Assembly: GCA_008632985.1 (NCBI GenBank) | Contig: QPGO01000007.1 | Span: 558,001 to 622,000, forward strand | Length of the DNA: 64,000 nt | Source: Psammoneis japonica | Taxonomy: Eukaryota | Direction: 5' to 3' | Part shown: piece after piece, positions 37,601 through 50,899 of the stretch | How the letters are laid out: every line of letters starts with the position of its first letter | Numbering within the stretch: position 1 is the first letter of the stretch | Notes under the pieces: model-generated | The model's input: the letters and a program-made list of their open reading frames with translations, nothing else | Told to the model about the DNA's origin: nothing | Databases searched by the model: none | Made by a program: the position numbers and the translations under genes

Positions 37601-40430
37601 TGATGCAGGTGCAAAGCACACTCTGTTGTGGAGCTGTCTAATCTCCTTTTCTGAGGCATCATGTCTTTGTTGGTCAAAAACCTTGAAGCCTTCATGCAGC
37701 AGGTGTTGCTGGGTGAATGAAATGGTGCCTGCCCTCTTGCAATCTTGCTTGGTCATTGATCTCACACATGAACTGTGCTGCCATCACCAATCCTGCTTCT
37801 ACATCACATTCCATGTCCTTCTTTGGGTCAGGACTCACATTGGTTCACAGAAGGTGGCAGCATTCAAACTTTTGGGCTGTTTCTGTCTGTCTTTTTCAGC
37901 ATCTGCCACTCCTGAAAATTGAGCTCTCAATTCTCTTTGAGTGGTTTTGAGTTTCTGGTGGTGTGCCAGCACCACTGTGCAGGATCTGGCACTTCCAGTC
38001 TGTTTCAGCTTGAATTGCTCTATTTGTTTGTTTCCATTTTTGATGCATTCTCATCTTCTTCTTGCTCTTTGTCTCATTCATTCTGGCCATTGCAATCTTT
38101 GTTCTTGTCTTTGTGATGCTGAGCTGGGCTTGACCTTTTGCCCACTGGGATGTTTTGAGCTTCTTCATGACTGTCGTTGGAGTCTTCTGCTTCTTCCTCT
38201 TCTTGTTCAAAATCTTTGTCATCTGTTGTCACATTTCCAGTTTTGTTTTCTCACTTTCTTTGCATTTGTCATTGCTTTTGTTGCTTTTGATGTTGCTTTG
38301 CTGTGGTCCACTCCCACAGTCCAACCAGCATTGCGCAGGTTGTCCCACCAGCATTTGCCTGCATGATTGAACTCTTTGTTGCTTTTGACAATGGCCATTT
38401 TCTCAACTGCACAGATGTGTGTGTTGGTCAGTGGCATCACGGTGCACCTGCAGGGGTTCAGTGGCTTGCCCGCATGCAACTTCATGGCAAGATGTCCATT
38501 GGTGAGTCACAGCAGGGTTGTGCAGGCAGATGCTGTCAATGCCATGTGTGTCCACAGTGTCAAGCAGGTTGGGCTTGGCTTGGGATGGGACAAACTCTGT
38601 AAAGGAGAACTCAAAATGTTTGTCACAGGTGAGGTTCTTTTGTTGCACAATGGCTTGTGGGCTGCAGGTGTCTGAAATTCCCTCCTTTTGTGGGTGCATG
38701 TTCAACATGACTGTTTTTTTTTTGTCTTGCATGGCAAATGGTGCAGAGTTGCCTGAGTTTGCTCTTTAACAGCCTGGGTGCTCCTCTCAACTTTGGGAAC
38801 ATTGTGATCATTGGCATTTGTTGACATTGGCGCTGCTGTGGGCCCATGCCATCTGCAATGGCTGCCAGACAGCATGTCCTTGGTGAACTCCAGGTAACAT
38901 TCAATGAAATCAACAGTTTGTGTTGTGTTGCTGCAGCAAAATCACATCCAATGCCTTGTGTGCATTGGCACAATGGTTCTTGGACTTCAGCTTCACACTT
39001 GATCTGCACTTGCTTGATCATCTTGTCCATTGCATGCAGCATCTTGACTCTGCACACTTCCACAATGTCAGTGCAAATCATCATGCCTTCTTTCTGCTTC
39101 TTGTGTGTTTCAGGTGGTAAAGCTGCAATGTCGTTCCTCTCATGGGAATGGTGCGTGAGTTTTGTCTTTCCTTTTAGTGTGTCTGTTGGTGGTCCCCATC
39201 ATGTGTCCACCATTCTGTCCACATCTTCAGGCACAATGGTCAGATTCTTCACCTGCTTTGATTGTAAAAACAATTTGGTGTCCTTCAAACTTGGGGCTCC
39301 AGCTTGATGATGCAGTCTGAGTGCTTTCTTGGCATTTGCTGCCTCTCTCTTGGAGTGGCGGCCCTTGGCATTTTGTTCCACTGCAGGAACAGCAACTCTG
39401 AACAATGCACCTGTGCACTCCTTTTTGGCAGCTCTCTTCAACAGCATGTTCACATGCTTCTCTTGCTCTTTTGCAGCTTTTCAACACAGTCAAAGAATCT
39501 CTGACTTAGGGCAAATGTGTGCAGTCCAATGTTGTCAGCTTTGAACACCACAACTCTGCTCCCAGTCTTCTTGTCAAGCAGTCAGAACTTGTCCACTGCT
39601 CTGCAATCACAAGTCATGCAGTGCTTGTTCTTCACATCCTTTAAACCAAGGACATTTGCCACTGCATTTTGCTGTCTTACATCAAGGATGTTCTTCAGGG
39701 CCTTTGTGAGTGCATGGAATGGGTGTTGACCTCTCACAGAGTTGGGTGCAAGGGTCTGCATTAACTTCAGCAATGCAATTGGATTGTCTCTCATGGACTC
39801 AAAATCAGGAGTGCCTTGTGATCTCTGCTTCATCTGTTTCAAGCAGCAGTTGTTTAAAACCTTGGCAAATGCAGCAGTCTTGTTCTCTTTGAACTTCTTG
39901 ACCTTGTTGTGTCAATCATTGCAGTCTTGTTTGTGCTGCATCTCCACACCTTTGTCTTTGTTGGTCTCTTTGATGAGTTGGTCTTGATGTGTGGGTCTGA
40001 TGCACTGGGCAGAATTGTCTTGGATCCTTCAGATGCTGCTGGCATCTCATTTGTGAAGTCCTTGCACTTCATGTTCTCAATGGATCTCACCAGATGCACC
40101 CCTCAATCACACTCCTTCTCTGCATGTCAGATGATCTTCTCTTTGGCTTCCTCAGGAATTGCTGTTCAGCAATGAAGCAGGGCAAAACTTCATTTCAGAC
40201 TGAAAGTGTTTCTTGTCACTGGTCTTTGTCTTCTTGTTTGACATCCTGTGACTTCCGTCACCTTTGCCGCAACCACATCCTTGGCCTTGACAGTTGGATC
40301 CACCTCTCCCTGTCTGCCACTCATTGTGCAAGCATTTTGATGTCTCAGTGTTGGCAACAGTCTTCCAGCAAATGAGTGCCAAACTCAGCACTCATGACTC
40401 TTTAGAGTGAATCTTAAGCTTCAAAGCCAA

Positions 40431-40766
40431 TGTCTCCAAAAGAGAGTCCCATGAGGTCTCCTGAGCAACTTGTTGCACTTGCTTGGCAGTCTGTGTTGGC
40501 TGTGGTCTGCCTGGGTGTCAATGTAAATGCAACAATCACCAAAATGACAGGTGTCCTTGACACCACTCAATGGTGATCATGTGAACCAAATGCTTCACTC
40601 CAAAAAGTGCTGAGGATAAAAACACATGTGCAGGGAATGTGGTGATGGTCATGATCTCATCAAAGAATGTCTCATCAGCTGCTCACATCAGGGTCAATGT
40701 CCTTCTCTTCAAATCATCCGGGTTGCAGGCAATCACATCTGGGTCACTTGTCTTCTCAGCTCAACA
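40431..40766 (-). repeat. 5' LTR
   Basis: Aligns with 34189-34615 and is adjacent to the PBS-like motif. Confidence 0.8.
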
Positions 40767-41463
40767 GCTGCACCACATGCAGTTTTGCCCCCCCCCCCCC
40801 CCAGAAAGCAGCTTTTTGCAGTCTGCAGCAATGCTTTCTGTGGCAAAATTGCTTGTAAAAAAATGTGGTTGGCGCTCTGCTGAGCTGCTGCACACACACA
40901 CACAAACACACACAACAATGATGACTTTTTAATTTTTAAACTTCTGACAGCTGCAACAAAGAGTGCTTGGCACACAAGCAAATTTTTTTTTTTGCTGTTG
41001 GGTGCAACTGGGAGCCACAAATGGAGAGAGAAAAGAGAGAGAAAGGCCCCATGATGTGACAGTGCTGCTGCGGCATCATGTTGAATCCAGCATCACAAAG
41101 AAATTACCTCACCTTTCTCTCAATGTTGTTTTTTTTCTCTCTTGTTGCATTGCACTGCCACAGAGCAGCACAAAGAGTGACTGGTGGGGCCAACAAGGAA
41201 GTGAGAATGGCTTTTTTGTCAACAGATTGTCGCAAGGAGCATGTGGTGCTGCCGCGCAACTTGAGCTTGCTGCTGCTCTTGTTGACTGTGCACACTTCCT
41301 CTACAAAAACTCTTGGGAGGGGTTGGCAACCTCCTCTGATGCTGCAAAACCCCAGCAGAGGGCAAGTGGTGGATGCTGCTGTAGCATCTCTCCCCAACCT
41401 TCGAAGAAGTCACGTTCAGATTGGTGTGGGTGTGTGCTTTGTGTGGCCTTTGCTTGCTTGTGG

Positions 41464-41750
41464 TGTTGAACCACCAAAAGGAAATCCCATTGGGATTTCT
41501 GTGTTGCTTGTCACACTTGCCTTGTTGTCTGTGTTGGCTGTGGGTTGCCTGCAGTGTCAATGTGCGGCCTTCAAACCAAACCAAAACACGACAAGTGTGT
41601 CTCTTGAGAACGAATGACAAATCATGCAAACCAAATGATTCACTCCAAAGAGTGAGAACAAAACATGACAATTTCCAGTGAGAGATTGACAATGTCAGAG
41701 ATTGCTTCAAGTGGAGTCATGCTGCAGGCCACGTTGGAGGTCAAACATTT
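41464..41750 (-). repeat. Diverged solo LTR related to the Copia LTRs
   Basis: Shares cacttgccttg, tgttggctgtgg and atgattcactccaaagagtgagaa with the LTRs. Boundaries approximate. Confidence 0.6.
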
Positions 41751-42226
41751 GTCGAGTGTCTTTCCCTCGATTGACCCTGGGTTCTCTTCTTGTGCACCCC
41801 AGTGCTCCAACATGTGGTGTGCGATGACATGCATGGGGCTCACCTGGAATACATTGCAATGCACATAGAAACACACAGAAGATGACAGTAGAATCTATGC
41901 AAAGCTGGCTGCGTTTGAGGCACTTCCCTCTTTCCTTTGGGGTGTCTAGACCTAAAAGAGGCAACCCACTGGGACAACCAGACAAAAAACCCTCATAACC
42001 TCGATCTAATGGGCCGTTGCCGGTCGCCAGCATACCGTACGTACCGATCTTGATGCCGACCACCTATCAGACATCACATCATCTGTGTTGTCACACTTCC
42101 ATTGATCCTATTAGAGTCTCACCAAGTGCATTCTTTTGCTGTGCAAGGTAACAGCAAAGGACTGCAGAGTGGAAAAATTGAAGAGTGTCGACTCCTTGTC
42201 GAAAATACTAGTCTGGAAAATCAACC

Positions 42227-43495
42227 ATGTTGACGAAACTCGCCATGATTTTTGCCATGGAACTCGTGTTTGTCAGTGATGCGTTCCTCACAAAGTTTCC
42301 AATTCAAGAAAGAATATTTCTGTTTGATAAGTTACCCACATTGATGGCAAAGGCTAAAAAGAAAAAGGGACGTGCTGGTGGTGGCGGCGGTGGCGGTGGA
42401 ATTAAAGGTTTTGGGTCGTCGGCGCCCACTGCCAAAAAGAAGCAAGCTTTTGCAGGAACGATGGACCGGTCCAAGGAAGCCATGGCGTTTTATGACTATA
42501 CGGAACAAAATGGTGCTGGTGATAATCTCAAAAGAGTCGCTCTGGGGCAGTTCCCATTGCCAGGTACCAACTTTGACATTCGGGGAGTTATTGCTCTCAA
42601 GGATATCAAGAAGGGTGATGTCATTATTCGTATCCCTTATGAAATAGCAGTCAATCTTGGTGCCGAGGGCGAGGATCCGACGCTTCCTGGAATGAATCTA
42701 CTCGAAATGTATTGCAGTACGCTCCTTGATGGTAATACTGACGGAGGCCTTGACCAGACCACGTATTTCAAAATGCTTCCAAAGTACATGGGTAGCGACT
42801 GTTTGGGAAGCACCGATTTCTTTTCAGACAAGGCATTAGATACTCTTCAGTCGCATCTTGTAAAGGAAGAAACCCTGCAACGGCGAGAGCGTGTCAAGAA
42901 GCGTTTTGAAAACACTGTGGCAACCAATGATTCGTTTCCTACTTGGATTGACTCCACTCCAATTACGGAAGAACACTTACGATGGGCTGTGTGGCTAATC
43001 ACGTCTCGTGTCTTGACTGTCCAGGGCGACGCATCTACAGGGAAATCCTATCGATTACTTATTCCATTCATGGACATGTGCAATCATGATAGATCCAGTC
43101 CACATGTTCTTTCCGGTAGAGCAGTTCCCGGTGGAGAACTCAAGGTTGTTGCCGGTGCTCCGGTTCAAGCCGGAGAGCAAGTGAACATTTGTTATGGAGG
43201 TGGTGTCGCTGGAAATGATCGTTTCTTGCAAGACTATGGCTTCTTAGATAGCGGCACTGCTGCCTACGACATTGTTGCGCAGCAAATACTTGGAAAGCGC
43301 CGGCTTGTGGAGGGCAGTAACAAGGGTAGGAACATTAGTGAGGCTGATATGGAACGGACCCTGGAAGAGCTGCGATCGACCTCTATTGCTCAAGATGAGG
43401 AGCTGCTATCGCAAGAAAAGGAGTCAGATGTTCGAGCCGCTATGGAATACCGCCTCGGAGTTAAAAAGGCTCTTGCTGGCTATATCATAATGTAA
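42227..43495 (+). CDS. SET-domain protein lysine methyltransferase (Rubisco LSMT-like), probably plastid-targeted
   Basis: RGVIALKDIKKGD, LIPFMDMCNHD, GEQVNICYG and LQDYGF. Signal peptide ending SDA-F. Confidence 0.92.
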   Translation: MLTKLAMIFAMELVFVSDAFLTKFPIQERIFLFDKLPTLMAKAKKKKGRAGGGGGGGGIKGFGSSAPTAKKKQAFAGTMDRSKEAMAFYDYTEQNGAGDNLKRVALGQFPLPGTNFDIRGVIALKDIKKGDVIIRIPYEIAVNLGAEGEDPTLPGMNLLEMYCSTLLDGNTDGGLDQTTYFKMLPKYMGSDCLGSTDFFSDKALDTLQSHLVKEETLQRRERVKKRFENTVATNDSFPTWIDSTPITEEHLRWAVWLITSRVLTVQGDASTGKSYRLLIPFMDMCNHDRSSPHVLSGRAVPGGELKVVAGAPVQAGEQVNICYGGGVAGNDRFLQDYGFLDSGTAAYDIVAQQILGKRRLVEGSNKGRNISEADMERTLEELRSTSIAQDEELLSQEKESDVRAAMEYRLGVKKALAGYIIM

Positions 43496-43713
43496 AAGCA
43501 CCGTTTCATAATATCTAAAAGCTGTTTGGCCGCTGGTCACCCACAAATTCCATACAATCAATGCCAAGTTTGCCAAAGCGTTGACGCTCTAATAAAGCTG
43601 CACAATGCGGTTTGCACAAGTTACGTATTTAGAAATAAACAAAGACATCCTGCAGTGGTACAGAACACGACACTTTGTCCCCACATGTCAAAAATGATTG
43701 CATTAATTGTCAG

Positions 43714-44627
43714 CTAGCTACTCCCTGTATTTGCCCGGAATTCCTTTACAACTTTCTCCTTCATATAATTTTCCACCAAGCGTCGAAAAGCGGGATTTGA
43801 TTTTGTTTCTTGAAGCATTTCGTTAAACTCATCAGGTTCCAGTCCAATTCGATTCACAATTTCTTCAGCCTGAAGCGGAAAAGCTTCGACCACTGCCCTA
43901 ACCTTTGGGCGAAGAAAGGACTTGAGTGACGACTCGTCGATAACCTTGAGACTTGCTGGAATGTAATCGACTTACCTTTGGGTTGAGAAAGGGCTTGAGT
44001 GACTCGTCACTAATCTTGAGACTCTCTGGAATATCATCAACATTGAGAGACTTTTTGAGTCGCCTCCTCTGGTTGGCGCGTAGTCTTTCAATTTCCACCA
44101 TGCTTTCACAAAACATAACCAGACGAGTCTGAAGTTGATCCGGAATCTTGGTCTTGGACGACGTGACATCATCAGGATCTCGCTGAAACTGTGCTGCCAT
44201 TCTGTACAACGAAGCCTGTTCTGTTACCTACAGCACGAGACAACAGTACAATTCCCAAACGGCATATCGCGATCATTAGTGAAAACATTTCAAAGTGTGA
44301 ACAAAACATCATATCGACATGAATTGTGCTATGGTAGGGTGATGTACACACCTTGTTCTTTAACTTCGTGTTTTGGTTTATTTGCTTTCCGAGAGCATTG
44401 AAGTCATTGAGCTGCATGCCAGAGGCCGCCAAGCAGGCGGCAAACCTCTCATATTCTACCTCTGTAGGTCCAGAGCGACTGGATGTAGTAGGTACATCTT
44501 CTGGTACTGGGTGAAGCTGTGGTGGGAGCCATTTTGACACGCCCTCCCCAGACCGCGACGATTCTGCGTTGGTGCGCAAGGACAGCAGAGCGACGAAAAG
44601 CAAGAGGAGCTCAATGGCGTTAATCAT
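43714..44627 (-). CDS. Signal-peptide protein, DUF4168-like; exons 44627-44352, 44227-43976, 43902-43714
   Basis: Two GT-AG introns give a continuous frame with repeated GMQLNDFNAL / GLEPDEFNEM..NPAFR helical motifs. Confidence 0.7.
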
Positions 44628-44882
44628 GTTTGTTTTCGACCAGATCTTTAACCAGTCGGTAGTGGAACGTCTCAACGGCCGCCTGAATTGTTCGTCATCG
44701 CTGTCGAGAAAAAGTGTGCTTGATCCCTCTGATGGATGAAACACGCGAGCCGGCGAGAAGAGTGACGTCATTGATTCTCGCTTGAACTCAAAGTATTAGA
44801 GGCTGAATAATGAATATACTTGCGATCTTCTCTCTTGACACCTTCGAGCGAACCCTCATTTTTTGGATCAAATCTTATCACG

Positions 44883-45900
44883 ATGACGAAGCTCACGGCA
44901 AAGCTCTCAGTCGTTGCATTGGCTCTCCTTGGCACTGGTGGCCAAGTTGAAGCCTTGAAGGTTCCAGGTGCTTTTGTCCCAAAGGAGAAGCACGTTGTTG
45001 CCTCGGCAGCCCTTGACATACCTCGCGGTGGAAATAATGTCGCTGATGCCAGCAAGAACGTTTATTGTGCAATGCTTGGGATTCACGGTTTGATTTCGGT
45101 GTTGGCTCCTGAGGAAACGCCAAAGCTTTTGTACAATGATTCTTTCGAGATTGAGAAAGACAGTCTGGTAAGAAACAAACAGTGTCGTGAAGTTTTGCAT
45201 GAGATGGTTAGTCCTTGTTTTTCACGATCGTTAACGATACGCTCTCGCTCTCTCTCAGGGAAGCGTGTGGCTCGAGCTTGTCGGGTCGACCTTCATCGGG
45301 TGCGTTTATATGGCGCTTCTAGCCTTCAGCTCTGATATGGACGCCGCCACAATCATCGCCCATGGAACATATCCTTGTGCCCTCCTGAACTTACGGAATC
45401 TCCTCAAAGACAATTACGCCGAAAAAGGATTCACCAAGGGACTGGGCCTCTTCATGACTCTTGGCACATTTGGTATCCCTGCAGCCATCCGCTCTGGTCG
45501 GTTTGACTCTGACTTGCTGGCAAAGGTCAACCTCATCGTTCCACTTGGAGTAGGCCTTCTGGGCAACATCGACCTTGCGAGCGGAAAGAAAGTACTGGGA
45601 CTTGGCGAGGCTGACGGGGTCACCGATGCAATGGCCCGATGGAGCTTCTGCGCTCTCGCTCAGTGGGGGATTATTGGTTTAGCTTTGCTCATGGGACAAG
45701 GAGCTGCCAAGGCGATCGGATACTCTACACTCTTCTTCCTTGCCATGGTGCTTGATTCGAACTACATCCGCAAAAGCAACGAACCGCTGAATATCAAGCC
45801 TGCTGTCTCTGTTGTTTTTGCAATTGTGTTGTCTACCATGAGTTATGGCTTTCTCGTTGGAAGTGGCATGGATCAATCTGTACCTAGCCCTACGGATTAA
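44883..45900 (+). CDS. Multi-pass membrane protein with signal peptide and 'RGG' motif; intron 45168-45258
   Basis: GTAAG...CAG intron joins ORFs 44820-45335 and 45265-45900 in frame. Several hydrophobic helices. Confidence 0.8.
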
Positions 45901-46323
45901 GTACAGGATCAGAGCCGTGCTCGTTGTCAGAAATTTACCAACATTTATGTATCCTTGGCTCGAATTTATAGCGCTCCTGCTGCAGAAGAATCAATCCATG
46001 TCGTATAGGGACGGCATTTGGGAGCTAGAAAACACTGTATTAAGCCGTATTGCTTTTACTCGGTCATCGTATTCCGTGTGTTTCCAATCTACTATAAAAA
46101 TTGCTCACACAGCACGACATCAATGTCAACGAAGTTTGCTACTAGAGTGGTATTTGTGTTTCGCCACATTTACACAGACTAGTACCTTCGTTTCCCTTCC
46201 CGAAAACGAAACCGATTTTTCTTCTTTTTTCTTCAGAGACTGGTGAAGGAGAAAAGGCATCGATGCTGCGTCTGGGGTTGGTTTGAGAAAAAGTGTCCTG
46301 AAACATGGTTGTGAATGGTAGCT

Positions 46324-47354
46324 TTAGCCAAAGACTTCGGGAAAATCAGCCTGGATTTTGTCTAGCATTTTCTGCAGAGTTTCAGCACGACATCTCAAAT
46401 ATGTACTGACTAGATCATCGTCAGCGGCATTTTCAGCTCCTTCCTTGGCTTCATCGATGCTCTCTTCCATGAATCCAGCTAGCAACGCATATGCATCTTC
46501 CTCGTTGTCCTGTGATAGAAAGGGCGTCAAAGGGCCAGGAGCGCCTTGTAGCTCTTCTTCAGTTGCAACGCATCTTCGAAGGCTCCCGAGACCTAAAGGA
46601 TCTACAGATTTTTCTCCAATCTGCACGACTATGGGTGGCTTGCCAAACACGTTGACCGTTACAAACTCATGATTTACAGGATTGCTTTCCGCCACGAAAC
46701 CGTAGTTACGCAGTGTTTGCAAATTCGTCAAGTTGTCGTAACTGATACAAACTTCTCGTTCTTGTTCAAACATTCCCAAAAATTTCGATTCCACCGGAGG
46801 TATGGATTTCTCCGCAACATTCAAAAATAGCACGTCATTTTCAATTTTGCACTTGTCTGAACATTTCCATCGTGGTTGATCATATCAAGAAGCGGGGGCA
46901 TGGCCCTCGTCCCGTCGGGCAAGGCGATTGCCCGTGAATCGGCGCAAGCTAGAGCCCAAGCATCCTTGACTGATTCAACTCGCTCCTGATCTTCAGCGAC
47001 AACTTGCTCAAGAAAGCCGCCATCTGTCACTAAATCAAAGCGTTCCTGTTCCCAAAATCTAGGGAGATTGTCAAAATTCGTCGGCAGTACGCTAATGTAT
47101 GGAAAAAACTTGGATTCTTCGCCAAGGGATTTCTCGTGTGACAGTCGATTTGCCAGTTCCTCGTTATCTTGTGCAGTAATACAAGCAGCGAGGGGACATT
47201 GAATCAAGTTGACAGTGCCATCGTCGGAAGCAGTAGCAGCGCTCTCCTCGGGAAGAACCGTGTATCTGTAGCCATCGGATTCTCGAACTCGCACTTGTAA
47301 CGGACTGGCAATGCCTTGTGCCGTACACCAAGACAAAAAGGGCTTGAGATTCAT
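46324..47354 (-). CDS. SET-domain protein (LSMT-like); apparent 1-bp frameshift at ~46845; true start may lie upstream
   Basis: FFPYISVLP and PLLDMINHD, then EVCISYD..LRNYGFV in the next frame. One extra A in an A-run joins them. Confidence 0.82.
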
Positions 47355-47911
47355 GACTGATGGCGCCTCTGTAAGTAAGTTTAACATCTGAGCTCATGGC
47401 TTTGGCCACACATCTCCACCACCTTGAACCTTGCTTCCAACCGACACGCACTTGATTGGTCTGTTGGTGGTGGCGAATTCATTCGTGGCTCTTTCAGTCA
47501 CGTTTTCCAGTTTGACGAGGACGAGACAGACCTCCGCCATGTCGGGGCGTGCGTGGGTGAGAAAGGGGGGTACAGTAACTCCAAGTTATTCAACGAATCG
47601 ACGCAGTTTCACCAGTATCTTTCTTATTTACAATTAACCTTCTTTTATGGTATTCTTGGCTTTAGGTTTTGTTGCTGCCGATTTAGGAAGTTCAAAACAT
47701 TCAGTTATTTTAAAACATCCCAGATGCTGGTTCGCTAAGCCGAGCCTGCATCATACATGCATCTGCTCTGATGCTACCAGAAGATAAAGATTTCATAACA
47801 AGATCTATTTCTAATAATGGTCATACTAGTGGTCGTTGTTCGATTTTCGCTTCCATCCCCTCCAAAATACCTGGTCTAGGATTCAACGGCATCGATTCTT
47901 CTTCACCATCA

Positions 47912-48491
47912 TTAAAGGGGGTCATCAAACGGGACACTTAAATCAAGGTCATCATCCATGTCCAAATCTTCATCATCGAACTTGCCCAAACTTCTCCTCT
48001 TTTCATCCACATCGATGCCAGCCATTCTCGCAACCGCCAGCAATTCTTCCTTTTCTTCATTCTTCATCCGTTGCTGCTCCTCCCGAACTTGACGAGCAAA
48101 GTCGGCGGGGTCGGACAATTGAAATGGTTCAAAGGCGCGGCGCTCCCTGCGTCCATACTCTCCATCCGTCAATTCGCGACTATAAAAAAGATAAAGAAAT
48201 GACCAGATACAACAGTTTAGCCGAAAGAAGAAAAATGAAGTGCCCGTAGACGAGAGACAGAGACCGCTGAAATAAGGAGCCCAACAGACAGTCCCAAGTA
48301 TGGACGACTTTGTAAAGGTTCTTCTTTGGCAATGAAAAATTGACGCACCTGTTAGTATTTCCCCAGCCCCCAACGTTGTACAACCTCGTGGAGCTGCTGG
48401 CAGCATGAGGAGTCGACGGTGCTGTAAAGGCAACAGTGCTCGACACTAAAAGACAAGCAACGAGCACATTGGCATAATAATAAGAAGGCAT
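47912..48491 (-). CDS. Small plastid-targeted protein with acidic C-terminus; intron 48348-48180
   Basis: Signal peptide + VA-FTAP motif. The splice joins to SRELTDGEYG...DDDLDLSVPFDDPL. Confidence 0.75.
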
Positions 48492-49004
48492 TGTTGTGCT
48501 TGGAATGAAAGAGAACAATGTCGATAATACAAGGAGAGTTGTCGATGTGTTGCAGAACAACAGCTTGTATGTTGCAGAGCAAGTTCGAAGTTGGTCGGTG
48601 GTGCGAGGAGAGAAAAAGCGCGGGAATTCGACGTGGTGTGTGCGTGGTTTGACGGACGACGTGCAAGCGGGCGAGCTTCAATGATGACGTCAGACCGACA
48701 TTGTCAGCTCGCTCTCCGCTTCCAGCGCCAGCCAAGGGATTACTAAGGGCCCTTCCGTTACCCTTGCGAATCCTGCGAAACCTGCGAACTTCGAGGCCGG
48801 ATATTTTGATAAAAACGTCAAGGGACATTTAGTGACTTTTCTCGCATTTCCCTCGCAGAACTTCGCCCATAATTGTTGCGAACTTGCCAGTCGATTCATT
48901 CTACGTGCGAATTTGTGGTATGTTCAATCCGACTGTATGCCTCCTGAGAGGTGCATCACGAGACGCGCTCTAGAAAACAATCAACACAAAAAATCGATCG
49001 CACC

Positions 49005-50870
49005 ATGTCGTCTTCAAGCGACGGCACTGATAACACAAATGGCACCAACCAAGTGCCACCAATGCAAGACAGCAATAATGGTGGTATGCCTTATGATAAG
49101 GACATGGGGCTTGTGCCAACCCCTCACCTCTTTGATCAAAAGCTGTTCATGTCCTTGCATGTTTGTGACGGCGAAGAACTGTCTGCAGAAGAAAAGACGC
49201 TTGCGGACGCGAGCATCATGTCAATGAAAGTGGCCAGTCTCAGATCTCTTTGCCATAAGTGTAAGTGTGTTCGTGATGACAATCCCACACCAAAAAACGT
49301 TTCCACCACAGGCAATTCTGGCCACTTGAAGAAGCGTCTGATGACGTGGTTCTGCGTCTTCCGGCAGGAAGAAGCATGCATCGACAAGTGCCCCTTCAGC
49401 GCTTCCAAGAACTGGAGCCAGGCAGAAGATTCTCGCATCATTGAGATTTTAAGTGACCCGACCTTCCAGAAACCCCTCCAGCACCTTCACCAAAAGGCTC
49501 CACGTGTTGTGCTTGACGAAGGCGACCCGCCCCTCATGTCTGTGTGCCGACAATTCGTTGCTGTTTTGTGCAACAATTTTGACAAGTACAAACCAACCCA
49601 TCGGTTTCCAGATGACCCACTTCTCAAAGCCTTCAATCCCAATGACAAGACCATTTCTTCCCGTGCTCCAGATGTGTTGAAATTGAGGGTTGGACAGCTT
49701 CGCAGCAGGTTGACAGTGGCGCACAAGGTCGGCACGAAGAGCGGCTCGGATCCGGAAGGTTTTGAGAATGCTCTTGATCTGACTGACCCACTGGACCAAT
49801 CCATTCTCTGTTGGTGGAAGGTAATTGACCGAAATGGTGATTCATCTGTTCTCAACAAGTTTGCACGCCTCCTCCCAGGTGGCTGTGGCGTTGACTCGTC
49901 GGATCCCAGCACCATTCAACGCAGCCTGGACGCCGCCAACTCCATCTTGCGCAGCAGGGGAAAGGGTGACAGCTCCTCCAGCAAGTCACAGAGCATGTCT
50001 GAAAGAATCTTGAATGCAGTCAGTGAGATGAAAAGCGACATGATGAATGAGGAAAACAAGGAGAACATGTTTTTCTTGCAGCAGAACAGAGACCGCGCAC
50101 AGAACAAGTCGGAGCGACTGGCCGACGAGATTTGGGCCATGAGGTGTGGAAAGGCTGGTGACTTGAGCAAGCGTGAGAGAAAGATCAAGCAGCACAAAAG
50201 AGCCCGGAGTGAGTGCGAAGAGCTTGAGAAAGAGGTGGCGAAAGCGCGAAAAGTTGAGTTGGACAGCGACATTGAGCACGACGACGCTTCTTTTCTTCTG
50301 TCTGTGCCATCCAGCAGCGGCGACGATGAGGTGAGTGCCTTGTGTGTTCTTTGTGCTGTTTGTGATGTCAATGATTTGCACCAACTCAACCTTTGCTGCA
50401 AACACAAGAGCCGCCAATGCTGCGCAAGGAACAAATCCAGGGAAGTCTCTGCGGGGAACTGCTCCGATGGCCACGACCGAGGGAATGAGTCTACAGAGCT
50501 GGAAGAAGATGTCCAATCTGACAGCAAGAGCGATTCACGCAATGAACCAGTGCACTGCGGCTACATAGAATGCAACAAGCGGAATGAGCCGGTTGGAACA
50601 AAAGACGAGGCGGAACACCACGATTTCAACTGCTCGGATTTGGGTTCCTGGTCTTCAAACATGTGCTCCAACTTTGAACATTGTGGGCATCACTTGCATC
50701 GTGTTGGTTGCAAAGCTCACCTTGACGAAGATGACCCTACTTCCCTGACTTGTGGGCACCCTGATTGCACTGGCGGGTCGGAAGTTTGTGCATTTGCATC
50801 GTGTGCCAATGTGGACAACAACACCACGGATGGTGATTTTCCGTCTTCAGACAGCAGTGAGTGGAATGTA
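49005..50870 (+). pseudogene. Harbinger accessory Myb/SANT-like DNA-binding protein; probable intron from 50331; 3' end uncertain
   Basis: NWSQAEDSRIIEIL trihelix-like motif and coiled coil. GTGAGT donor at 50331 is read through in the ORF track. Tyr-poor and Cys/His-rich. Confidence 0.7.
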
Positions 50871-50899
50871 ATGCATTTAACACCATTTACAGAATCACA

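Larger units (their letters stand above)
34189..40766 (-). mobile_element. Degenerate Ty1/Copia (CoDi-like) LTR retrotransposon
   Basis: Related LTRs at 34189-34615 and 40431-40766 (TGTTG...CA on the minus strand), PBS-like TGGCTTTGAAGCTTAAG and PPT-like CAGGAGTG. Pol motifs ADAPNAFIQT, FYVDDLLLS, DASFVAHLDFKSH and EHCPTDNMLGDFMT. Many stops and frameshifts; no TSD seen. Confidence 0.88.

Noticed and set aside
34184..40771. Target-site duplication for the Copia element
   Set aside because: Flanks gtcaa and gctgc do not match. The LTRs differ by indels and may come from a recombined or very old element.
25500..41900. Dozens of overlapping Cys/His/Gln-rich ORFs in all six frames
   Set aside because: Artefact of TAA/TAG loss in TA-free DNA. 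They have no coherent domains apart from the TE remnants listed.
41707..42063. Possible gene fragment on the minus strand at the island edge
   Set aside because: No recognisable domain or convincing splice sites, so it cannot be supported.
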